NCBI GenBank assembly: GCA_944381275.1
Contig: CALWKO010000004.1
Location: 5,100 to 69,099, forward strand
Length of the DNA: 64,000 nucleotides
From: an uncultured Clostridia bacterium
GTDB lineage: Bacteria; Bacillota; Clostridia; Christensenellales; UBA3700
Direction of reading: 5' to 3'
Position numbers and translations under genes: made by a program. Positions 56,037 to 64,000 of the stretch are shown here, one piece after another. The notes beneath the pieces are model-generated. The model was not told the origin of the DNA, did no database searches, and saw only the letters and a list, made by a program, of their open reading frames with translations. How positions within the stretch are numbered: position 1 is the first letter of the stretch; every line of letters starts with the position of its first letter.

Positions 56037-57050
56037 TTATTCCCCGTACCCGTTGGGATTCATGCTCTGCCAGCGCCAGCTGTCCTCGCACATATCCTCG
56101 AGGTCATACTTGCACTTGAAGCCCATCTCTTTTTCCGCCAGGGAAGAGTCGGCATAGCATTCCGCTATATCGCCCGCCCTGCGGGGAGCTATCACGTAGG
56201 GGATCTTCTTTCCGCTGGCTTTTTCGAACGCCTTGACTATGTCAAGCACGCTGTAACCGTGACCGGTGCCCAGGTTGTAGGTGACGAGCCCCGGCTTTTC
56301 TTCCAGCTTCTTGACGGCGAGCGAGTGCGCGTGCGCCAAATCGAGCACGTGGATATAGTCCCTCACACCCGTGCCGTCGTGGGTGGGATAGTCGTTGCCG
56401 AACACGCTGAGCTGCTTTAATTTGCCTATGGCGACCTGCGTGATGTAGGGCATAAGATTATTGGGGATGCCGTGAGGATCTTCGCCTATCATGCCGCTCT
56501 TGTGCGCGCCGATGGGGTTGAAGTAGCGCAAAAGCGCGATGTTCAGGCTGCTGTCCGCCTTAAAGATGTAGCGGAGCATATCCTCTATCATCAGCTTGGT
56601 ATGCCCGTAAGGGTTGGTGACGGAGAGGGGGAAATCCTCCTTTATCGGTACGCTCTTGGGCTGGCCGTACACGGTGGCGGAGGACGAGAACACAAAGTTC
56701 TTGCAGCCGAACTCCCTCATCACTTTGAGCAGATTCAAAGTGTTGGTGAGGTTGTTGATGTAATATTCCAGCGGCTTTTGGCAGGATTCGCCCACCGCCT
56801 TCAATCCCGCAAAGTGGATTACGCAGTCTATCTTTTCTTTTTTAAAGATGTCGCGCACCTTGTCGATGTCGCACAGGTCGTATTCGTAAAATTTGACGTC
56901 CTTGCCGCACAGCTTGCGCACGCGCTTTACAGCCTCGAACTTGCTGTTGCACAGATTGTCCGCAATGATGGGGTCGTATTCGTTCTCCACCAAATCTATC
57001 ACGGTATGACTGCCGATATATCCGGCTCCGCCGGTAACCAAAACGCTCAT
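56037..57050 (-). CDS. galE: UDP-glucose 4-epimerase
   Basis: It has VLVTGGAGYIGSHT, SSSATVYG and YGHTK (YxxxK). GGAGG RBS is present. Confidence 0.92.
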   Translation of the reverse strand: MSVLVTGGAGYIGSHTVIDLVENEYDPIIADNLCNSKFEAVKRVRKLCGKDVKFYEYDLCDIDKVRDIFKKEKIDCVIHFAGLKAVGESCQKPLEYYINNLTNTLNLLKVMREFGCKNFVFSSSATVYGQPKSVPIKEDFPLSVTNPYGHTKLMIEDMLRYIFKADSSLNIALLRYFNPIGAHKSGMIGEDPHGIPNNLMPYITQVAIGKLKQLSVFGNDYPTHDGTGVRDYIHVLDLAHAHSLAVKKLEEKPGLVTYNLGTGHGYSVLDIVKAFEKASGKKIPYVIAPRRAGDIAECYADSSLAEKEMGFKCKYDLEDMCEDSWRWQSMNPNGYGE

Positions 57051-57079
57051 TTTGCCGCCTCCTTCCGCTTATTTTATTA

Positions 57080-58192
57080 TTATTCGTCTTGGTGCAGCTC
57101 GGCATACACCTTCTGCACCGTTTCGCGCATAAACGCGATATTTTCTTCCAACTCCTCAACCAGCTTGAACTGCGTGCGGCACCTCACCAAATTGTGCTCG
57201 GGGTAGGCCACCTTGAAGTAGACGTCCCCTTCCAAATAGTCGGTGAGAAAGCGCATCCCGCACTCGAACGTCATGAGTATCGCCCCCACGGGGAGCAGTT
57301 CGCGCTCCTTTTGAGTTATGCTGCCGCCTATTCCGCGCATAAATCCGCGCGTGAAATAAACGAAATTTTCCTTGTCGAAGTGCACCTTGCTCAAATCCTT
57401 TTCGTCCTCTTGCGCCGTGGAACAGCCCACCCTTATCGCGTCGCCGAAGTCATAAAGCAAACTGCCGGGCATGACGGTGTCCAGATCTATCACGCATACG
57501 GCATTTTTTGTGGCGGTATCTATGAGTACGTTATTCAGCTTGGTGTCGTTGTGCGTCACGCGCAGAGGGATCTCGCCCTTTTCAAGGGCATTTACGATTA
57601 TTCCCGTCTTGTCCTTGCGCGCGCGGGCGAAAGCTATAAGATCCTGCACCCCTTTCGCCCTGCCCATCTTGTCCTCGGCGATGGCCTTTTCCAGGTTTTG
57701 ATACCTTATAACCGTATTGTGAAAATTGGGAATTACTTCGATGAGCGTGGAGGCGTCAAACCCCTCCAGCCTCTTGATAAAAAGTCCGAATGCCCTGCCT
57801 GCGTCCTCGAACATATCCCTGTTTTCCGCGATGAGGTAAGCTTCGGTGTTATCGATGAGCTGAGTCATCCTCCACACCTCGCCCTGCTTATCCACATAAT
57901 AAGCGGCTCCGTTCACGGTGGGGATAAGGCAGAGGCACTCCCTGTCCGCGTCGCCGGCGTCCTTTTTCACGATAGAGCGCAAATAAACGCTTACCGCCGC
58001 GAAATTGTTCATAAGCGCGGTGGGATGGGGAAATACGCGGGAATTAAGCCTTTGCAAAATATACCTGCGCACGCCGCCCTCGCTTGCGCAAGTGACGGCG
58101 TATGTGTCGTTGATGTGCCCGTTGCCGAACGGCTGCACATCAAGGCAATTCCCCAAAGTGGAGAATTGCCCTGCGATGTCAAATAAATTCAT
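57080..58192 (-). CDS. N-acetylhexosamine 1-kinase-like phosphotransferase (APH fold)
   Basis: It has FGNGHINDTY, the catalytic loop VTHNDTKLNNVLID and VIDLDTVMPG. It lies next to galE, as in GNB/LNB pathways. Confidence 0.65.
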   Translation of the reverse strand: MNLFDIAGQFSTLGNCLDVQPFGNGHINDTYAVTCASEGGVRRYILQRLNSRVFPHPTALMNNFAAVSVYLRSIVKKDAGDADRECLCLIPTVNGAAYYVDKQGEVWRMTQLIDNTEAYLIAENRDMFEDAGRAFGLFIKRLEGFDASTLIEVIPNFHNTVIRYQNLEKAIAEDKMGRAKGVQDLIAFARARKDKTGIIVNALEKGEIPLRVTHNDTKLNNVLIDTATKNAVCVIDLDTVMPGSLLYDFGDAIRVGCSTAQEDEKDLSKVHFDKENFVYFTRGFMRGIGGSITQKERELLPVGAILMTFECGMRFLTDYLEGDVYFKVAYPEHNLVRCRTQFKLVEELEENIAFMRETVQKVYAELHQDE

Positions 58193-58238
58193 TTGTTACC
58201 TTTTTTCGGAAGGCTGCCCTTCCTTGCCTAGTTATTGC

Positions 58239-59870
58239 TTAGTCTTTGGACTCTTCGCCGCCTTCGGTTTCCTGAGCCTTCTTATTCTTCTTTTTCTTGC
58301 CGATAACGCCCTTCTTGGCGAGCACTACCAGGGTGACGATGAGAATGATGAGTACGGCAACGCCCAAGCCTACGCCGAGGCCGACCTTGCCCCACTTACC
58401 GAGCAGGATGCCTTGGGTGAAGGCGTACATATCTTCATCCATATCGACAGCCGCGCCGCTGTAAGCGAATTCCTGAATCTGGCTGTTGGTTGCCGAACCG
58501 TAAGCGGTAGCTGCACCTAAAACCAAAATTTGGTTTTCAATAGGACCGCTGCCGTCCTGATCTTCGGTGGCTATGGAGTACTGCCTGATAACGCGGCGGA
58601 TAACGCCGGTATCCCATACTTCATAGGTGAGGGTCAAATCCTTGCTGAAGGTGTAGTGGCCGGTATCGAAAGCGACGAAGTCGACGATGCTGCCCTGCAG
58701 GGAGCCGAGCTCACCGGAGGTGATCAGCTTCCAATCATAAACGGCGTCGGTCAGCTTTACATCGATGGTGTAAAGGGTGTGGCCGTCAACCTGGCTGGAA
58801 GTGATCTGGCTGCCGCTCATATCGAAGGTATCTTTGTTCACGATGTAGTTGGAAACGGCGTCGCCCCTGTTGGGAAGAGCCCTGTAATATCTGTCACGGT
58901 CGAAGCCGACATAGTGTTCAACGAGCACTTCGCCGTCCGCCTGACCATCATAATCATCCCACACATACCAAGTGCCGTTGCCCCAGCTGCCGTCGGTGCC
59001 CTTGAACTCTACGTAGATGACCTTGTTGTGGCCTTCTTCGTCGTTGTTGTAGGTATTTGCTTCAAAAGTTTTACCGTTATAAGTGCCGCCGTCATTATCA
59101 TACACCTCGAGCCTGTCGTTACCTTCGGCGTATACTTTATAATGTTCGGTTTCCGTGGATTCGAACACCCTTTTGTAAAGGTCGAAAGCTTCCATGCTCT
59201 CGGCATAGGAAACGCCGCTGTCCGGAGTTTCGATGGGTTCGCCCTTCCAGGTAGCGGTTACGCCGGCGGGAGCGTTTTCATCGAAAGTCATGCTGCCCAC
59301 GTCGCCGTCCTGAGAGTAGCTCATCTTGGCGTCTGCGTCATAGCCTTTCTTGTTCCATGCGCCGAAGTTGGAAGTGAGGAACTCCAGCCAGGAAATACCT
59401 ATCTCCTGCATCTCGCTTATCGTCTGGCTGTAAGAGCTGCCCAAGCCGTCGTTTGCGGAAAGCCAGCTTGCATACTGCCTGATGTTGAGCGACCTTTCAC
59501 CCACAACGCCGAGAATGCCGCTTGCCGAAGTCGTATGAACGGCGATTTCGCTGGCAGTCGTGGTCACTTGAGCCATTCTTGCGATGTTGGAATAGTTTGC
59601 CGCCATCGCCTGATAAGCTTCCCACGCGCTCATATCGCTAGTGATGGGGGTAAGCGTGGTGCCTTCCTTCATCATAACGTCCTCTGCGGAAGCATAGCCT
59701 CCAAAGCCGGGGGAAGTAGCGTCGGTAGCGGGCTTGGGATAAGGGAAATCACTATAGGCGTCCCATGCGCTTTCCCCTTCCGCAGCGGCAGTGAAGCCGC
59801 AAGCGGAGAATGCGATGACGCTTATGAGCGCAATGGCTATTACAAGCGTCAGCGTAAACTTTTTGTTCAT
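58239..59870 (-). CDS. surface protein with an N-terminal lipobox signal and a C-terminal TM anchor (hypothetical)
   Basis: The signal is MNKKFTLTLVIAIALISVIAFSAC. The C-terminus is GLGVGLGVAVLIILIVTLVVLA followed by a KKKKNKK tail. GAGGTGG RBS is present. Confidence 0.75.
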   Translation of the reverse strand: MNKKFTLTLVIAIALISVIAFSACGFTAAAEGESAWDAYSDFPYPKPATDATSPGFGGYASAEDVMMKEGTTLTPITSDMSAWEAYQAMAANYSNIARMAQVTTTASEIAVHTTSASGILGVVGERSLNIRQYASWLSANDGLGSSYSQTISEMQEIGISWLEFLTSNFGAWNKKGYDADAKMSYSQDGDVGSMTFDENAPAGVTATWKGEPIETPDSGVSYAESMEAFDLYKRVFESTETEHYKVYAEGNDRLEVYDNDGGTYNGKTFEANTYNNDEEGHNKVIYVEFKGTDGSWGNGTWYVWDDYDGQADGEVLVEHYVGFDRDRYYRALPNRGDAVSNYIVNKDTFDMSGSQITSSQVDGHTLYTIDVKLTDAVYDWKLITSGELGSLQGSIVDFVAFDTGHYTFSKDLTLTYEVWDTGVIRRVIRQYSIATEDQDGSGPIENQILVLGAATAYGSATNSQIQEFAYSGAAVDMDEDMYAFTQGILLGKWGKVGLGVGLGVAVLIILIVTLVVLAKKGVIGKKKKNKKAQETEGGEESKD

Positions 59871-60093
59871 AATCCACCTCTTAATATTCTTTTACGTCCT
59901 AATGGGCCGCATAGTAATTTTACTATATTTATCCGCGCTTGTAAAGCATTAATTATTAAAATCTGCCTTATTATGCCCACTTTTTAACCGTGCTATATAT
60001 CGTGGGTTATAAAAATGACGCAAAAACGCCCCGCAATGTCAAGAGCATGTAAAAAAACGATGCACAGAATACCGCGCTTTTCCAAATAAAGCC

Positions 60094-60122
60094 TTGCAAT
60101 TATCCTTATTAAGATATATAAT
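60094..60122 (+). promoter_or_regulatory. candidate sigma-A promoter for the GH20-like/nagA pair
   Basis: TTGCAA, a 17-nt spacer, then TATAAT, about 32 nt upstream of ATG 60155. Confidence 0.55.
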
Positions 60123-60154
60123 AATACCGAGCAATAAAATGACGGGGCTGAACT

Positions 60155-61729
60155 ATGCTGAATGTAATACCGTATCCCAATAAAGTGCGCGTGCGCGAAG
60201 GCGAGCTGGAGATGAAGGGCACGATAACCGTGCGTTGCCCCGAACGCTACTCCGTTATAGCGGAAAAGTTCACGGCGGATCTGCACAAAAGTCTGCCCTC
60301 TTTGCACGTGGAAGACGAAGGGAACATATTGATAGACTTTAATCTCGTTGCCGATTACGGGCAGGAGGAGTACTCGCTGGACATCTCCGGCAAGGGGATA
60401 GACATACGCGCTTCAAAGGCGTCCGGCTTCATCTACGCCTGCCAAACGCTCTACCAAATGCTCGAGCTGCACAAGTTCCACGGAGCGAGCGTAAAGATCC
60501 CCTATTGTTACATCTCCGACAAACCGCGCTTCCGCTGGCGCGGCATGCTCCTGGACGAAGCGCGCCACTTCTTCGGCAAGCAGGAAGTGCTGCGGCTTTT
60601 GGAGATAATGGCGATGCACAAGCTCAACGCGCTGTGCTGGCATCTGGCGGACGACCAAGGCTGGAGGATAGAGAGCAAGCGCTACCCCCTCCTCCACGAG
60701 ATAGGCTCCCGCCGTTCGGATACGCAGATAGGCGGCACCCGTTCGGAAAAGTTCTGCGGGCAGGGACACGAAGGCTTCTACACACAAGAAGATATACGCG
60801 AGATAGTGGAAAAAGCCCACTCCATGAGCATACTTGTCATGCCGGAGATCTCCATGCCCACGCACGTGGGGGCGATGGCGGCGGCTTATCCGCAGATAAC
60901 CTGCTCGGATAAGTGCATGCCCGTGGCTACATCTTTCGGCGACCGCGGCACCCTTCTTTGCGCGAGCAGCAGCGAAACGCGCGAATTTATCCGCGGCGTG
61001 CTGGACGAGATATGCGAGCTTTTCCCCTCCCCCTACATCTCGCTCAGGGCGGCGAATCTGCACGCGGAAAAATGGCTCTCCTGCGAGGGGTGCCGCAAAT
61101 ATATGCAAGAGCACTTTATGCACGACCCCAAGCAGCTGCAGGCGGCGTTTTTGAACGACATCTCCGAATACTTAAAGAAGAAGGGGCGGCGCATGCTGTG
61201 TGAAAACACCGCGATGGCGGACGGCATGGACCGCGACATAATAGGCATCTACTCCACCGGGGAAAGGGACAAGACCCTGCCCGATCAGCTGCGCTGGGGC
61301 AGGAGCTACATCATCTCAAAGCCCAACTATTTGGACTTCGATCTCCCCTACTGCACGCTGCCGCTGACCAAGACGTACTCCTTCGATCCGGACAAGGAGC
61401 TGAAGGGCTGCCGCTTCCTTCACGGCAAGGTGATGGGCATGCAGGCGAACTTGTGGACGGAGTGGATATACGACAGAGAAAAGCTGGATATGTGCCTGTT
61501 CCCGCGCATGGCGGCGCTGGCGGAGGCGGCGTGGACGGAGCCGAGCGAAAAGAGCAAGTCGAGCTTTATAAAGCGCCTCACCCCCTACCGCGAACTGCTG
61601 GACGGCAGCGACATAAACTACGCCAAGGACAAAATTTGCATGCCGCGCAACCCCATTTCGCGGTTTAGAAAAAGATACTACTACAACTTAATGGACCAAT
61701 ACTTAGAGGTCCGGGAGAACAGAAAATGA
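60155..61729 (+). CDS. GH20 beta-N-acetylhexosaminidase homolog lacking the catalytic Asp-Glu pair
   Basis: The GH20 core motifs RWRGMLLDEARHFF, CWHLADDQGWRIE and ANLWTEW are present. The HxGGDE position reads SLRAAN (61037-61057) and EIDxPGH reads EISMPTH. Confidence 0.82.
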   Translation: MLNVIPYPNKVRVREGELEMKGTITVRCPERYSVIAEKFTADLHKSLPSLHVEDEGNILIDFNLVADYGQEEYSLDISGKGIDIRASKASGFIYACQTLYQMLELHKFHGASVKIPYCYISDKPRFRWRGMLLDEARHFFGKQEVLRLLEIMAMHKLNALCWHLADDQGWRIESKRYPLLHEIGSRRSDTQIGGTRSEKFCGQGHEGFYTQEDIREIVEKAHSMSILVMPEISMPTHVGAMAAAYPQITCSDKCMPVATSFGDRGTLLCASSSETREFIRGVLDEICELFPSPYISLRAANLHAEKWLSCEGCRKYMQEHFMHDPKQLQAAFLNDISEYLKKKGRRMLCENTAMADGMDRDIIGIYSTGERDKTLPDQLRWGRSYIISKPNYLDFDLPYCTLPLTKTYSFDPDKELKGCRFLHGKVMGMQANLWTEWIYDREKLDMCLFPRMAALAEAAWTEPSEKSKSSFIKRLTPYRELLDGSDINYAKDKICMPRNPISRFRKRYYYNLMDQYLEVRENRK

Positions 61730-62865
61730 AAAAAACTCTGGTAAACGTCCGCCCTTTTTCCGAGGGCAAAATAAAACCCATGTGCAGCATAGTCATCGAG
61801 GACGGCAAGATCTCCTCTATGGGCAACATGATAGCCGGCGACGTGATAGACGGCGGCGGCATGATCGCCTGCGCCGGATATATCGACATCCACACCCACG
61901 GCGGCTGGGGCAAGGACTGCATGGAGCCCACCTACGAGGCGATAGACACCGTGGCAAGATATCACCTGTCCACGGGCATAACCTCCTTCTGCCCCACCAC
62001 CATGACGGCGGATATAGCGGACATAGAAGCCGCCCTTGCCAACATGCGCTCTTATAAGACGAACGGCGCGCGCCTTGCCGGGGCGCACCTGGAAGGACCC
62101 TTCCTCTCTTCTAAGGCGGCGGGAGCGCACCCCCTGGACAAGCTGCAAAATCCCGACAAGAACAACACCGCCTTCATCACCCGCAACCGCGACATGGTCC
62201 GCCGCATAACCGTGGCTCCCGACCTTCCCGGCGCGCCCTTCGTGACCGCGCTGTGCGCGAGCATGGGCATTCAGGTTTCGATAGGCCACGACGGCAGCAT
62301 AGACGACGAGATCCTCGCCTGCATAGAAGCGGGCGCAAGCAGCGTTACGCATATGGGCAACTGCACTTCGCACGCTTCACGCCGTTACCCCTCCCCCAAA
62401 AAACACCTGGGACTTTTTGAAATGGGCCTTGCCGACGACCGCCTGGTTTGCGAAGTCATCGCCGACGACCGCCACGTCCCCGACGCGCTCTTTAAAATCT
62501 TCTACCGCTTGAAGGGCAAGGACGGCATATGCTTTGTCTCCGACTCCCTCTCCGTTGCCGGTATGAGCGAGGGCGACTACTTCCTGGGCAGCGGCGAAAG
62601 CGCGCAAGCCATCCGCATAGAAGACGGCGTGGCGGTGCTCCCCGATAAGCACACCTATGCCGGCTCCGTGACCCCTATATCCAAGATGGTGTCCCGCCTG
62701 TACGCGCAGGGCTACCCCGCGGAAGACGTGCTCACCATGGCTACCCTCACCCCCGCAAGGCTCGTAAACCTCACCGACCGCGGCGACCTCCGCCCCGGAC
62801 TTTTGGCGGACATCAATTTGCTGAATGACAAGCTGGAAGTGGTGAGGACGATGATGGGGGAATGA
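61726..62865 (+). CDS. nagA: N-acetylglucosamine-6-phosphate deacetylase
   Basis: It has GYIDIHTHGG, GAHLEGPF and the HDGS.../SVTHMGN region. An ATGA overlap links it to the upstream gene. Confidence 0.9.
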   Translation: MKKTLVNVRPFSEGKIKPMCSIVIEDGKISSMGNMIAGDVIDGGGMIACAGYIDIHTHGGWGKDCMEPTYEAIDTVARYHLSTGITSFCPTTMTADIADIEAALANMRSYKTNGARLAGAHLEGPFLSSKAAGAHPLDKLQNPDKNNTAFITRNRDMVRRITVAPDLPGAPFVTALCASMGIQVSIGHDGSIDDEILACIEAGASSVTHMGNCTSHASRRYPSPKKHLGLFEMGLADDRLVCEVIADDRHVPDALFKIFYRLKGKDGICFVSDSLSVAGMSEGDYFLGSGESAQAIRIEDGVAVLPDKHTYAGSVTPISKMVSRLYAQGYPAEDVLTMATLTPARLVNLTDRGDLRPGLLADINLLNDKLEVVRTMMGE

Positions 62866-63180
62866 TTTTTGAGGGACGCAATTGTCTAATTGCGAGCGTT
62901 AGCGTCCCCCAAAAATCGTGATATTTTTCGGAAGATAAAGGTTATGAATTAAGCGAAAGTTGCGTTTCTTCCGAAAAGTGATATTTTTGGCTAGCGAAAT
63001 AATAAAGCCTTGATGTGACCGTGAGGGAACACAAGGCTTTTTCTCTTCGCAGAAGCTATTCACACGCCAAAAGTGATATGCGCCCTCAAACCGCAGAGCG
63101 ACGAGAGGGCGCGTGATATTTTTGCGCGTACTGTTGCGAGCAACGCCGCGCAAAAGTTGCGGCTCCGCAAGCGCATTAGA
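62862..63180 (+). repeat. composite multi-hairpin extragenic element, copy 4 (GTGATAT linkers)
   Basis: Its ATGATTTTT contains the nagA TGA stop (62863-62865). Hairpins a-e are in the same order as in copy 2. Confidence 0.85.
63006..63047 (+). terminator. intrinsic terminator inside element module c (downstream of nagA)
   Basis: Stem AGCCTTG/CAAGGCT followed by TTTTTCTCTT. It is near-identical to the module at 454-532. Confidence 0.6.
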
Positions 63181-63468
63181 ATATGATTTTTTCAGGGCAC
63201 TATTATTGGAAACACAAACACAAGCGCCCTGAAAAAATCGCGAAATCTTTTCGGGGATATAGTTTATTCATAATCAACACTATTCTTTCCCCGAAAAGGC
63301 GAAATCCATTCTCATTCGAGAATGGACGAAATCCGCCCTCAAACCGCAGAGCGACGAGAGGGCGGGCGAAATCCTTGCGCGTACAGTTGCGAGCAACGCC
63401 GCGCAAGGGCGAAGGTGCCACAGGCGCATTTACACTTGTTTTGTCTTATTGCGAAAGTATTCTTTCTA
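63181..63468 (+). repeat. composite multi-hairpin extragenic element, copy 5 (GCGAAAT linkers)
   Basis: It starts ATATGATTTTTT and keeps the a-e module order. Modules d and e are nearly identical to copy 4, but every linker reads GCGAAAT(C) instead of GTGATAT. The tail is GAAGGTGCCACAGGCGCATTTACACTTG...CTTATTGCGAAAGTATTC. Confidence 0.85.
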
Positions 63469-63534
63469 CCCCGTAAGATTACGAAGAAAACAGCTTGCGC
63501 TTTAATGTTAAAAGTAATTGCGAAGATATAAAGA

Positions 63535-63725
63535 AGTGCAATAAAGCGCGGCAAATGCCAAGCGTTACCATTAGAGAGGCTTGCCCTCTCGCGGAGCCGT
63601 GCGTGAGCAAGGCGGAGCTTGCGCAAGTGCGAAGAAATAAGGTTACACTTTAATTAAAAACTGCTGCAAAGTGATAAAGTAGTGCAATAAAGCGCGGCAA
63701 AATCGCACTTTTGCCAAGCGTTACC
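63535..63725 (+). repeat. direct repeat pair in a non-coding tail
   Basis: AGTGCAATAAAGCGCGGCAAA..GCCAAGCGTTACC occurs at 63535-63569 and 63681-63725. The second copy carries a ~10-nt insertion. Confidence 0.8.
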
Positions 63726-64000
63726 TTGAGCGGTGCGACTGCGCCGCGCCCAAGTGCCGACTTGCGGCACGATTGGACGGAAAGGGTGAATTTTTGCGGC
63801 TAAGGTTTGCGCGCTACGAGATTCAGTGTGCCGCAAAAAGAGGGGAAAACCGCGGCTCAAGCAAGCAATCTTGCGGAGCAACGGAGTGGCACCGCAACGT
63901 GATTAAGCTGCTTCATCGAGTAGTGTTGCTTGCGAATGGTGGGGTGTCCCCTCAGGCAAGCGGAAAAGGAAAAAGCAACTTACGAAGTAAACGAAAAAAC

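Overview
This is a 64-kb chromosomal window from a moderately GC-rich bacterium that uses GGAGG-type ribosome-binding sites. The gene content looks Clostridia-like, but that is inference only. I can support 37 protein-coding genes. I saw no rRNA, tRNA, CRISPR array, integrase or transposase. Many long ORFs in the track are antisense artefacts of GC-rich coding regions and were discarded.

Ordinary blocks:
- GH38 alpha-mannosidase, Zn-alcohol dehydrogenase and an NCS2 purine permease (3.9-10.7 kb).
- carA plus a carB-dapF fusion, and a divergent type III glutamine synthetase (34.8-42.6 kb).
- An operon of lipoprotein, metG, tatD, radical SAM, rsmA and a hypothetical protein (43.6-50.4 kb).
- A cell-envelope polysaccharide / GNB-LNB-like block with a CapD-like dehydratase, Wzz-like protein, O-antigen-ligase-like protein, galE and a NahK-like kinase (50.7-59.9 kb).
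- A GH20-like gene plus nagA (60.2-62.9 kb).

Two things stand out.

(1) A translationally coupled 11-gene minus-strand operon runs from 34468 to 10913, about 23.5 kb. In order of transcription it encodes:
- an Hsp70/actin-fold ATPase;
- a SNF2 helicase with a Cys-rich tail;
- a multi-zinc-ribbon protein;
- a 1303-aa polytopic membrane protein with MBG-repeat extracellular domains;
- a zinc-ribbon/Sel1 protein;
- a coiled-coil protein;
- two tandem paralogs with a C-terminal HExxH motif and what looks like a degenerate AAA domain;
- a 1502-aa Upf1-like (DUF4011-type) helicase with a restriction-endonuclease-like tail;
- a small helical protein with ESCRT-III-like features;
- a Vps4/katanin-like AAA ATPase.

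I do not recognise this combination as any described system.

(2) A family of composite multi-hairpin extragenic elements has five copies at three loci. Each copy starts with ATGATTTTT at or overlapping a stop codon. Hairpin stems change in a base-pair-preserving way between copies, and the hairpins are separated by a short conserved linker (GTGATAT, or GCGAAAT in one copy).

Smaller oddities are a TIR-methyltransferase fusion next to a dGTPase-like HD protein, an in-frame CarB-DapF fusion, a GH20 homolog lacking the catalytic Asp-Glu, and a Wzz/BY-kinase-like protein without a P-loop.
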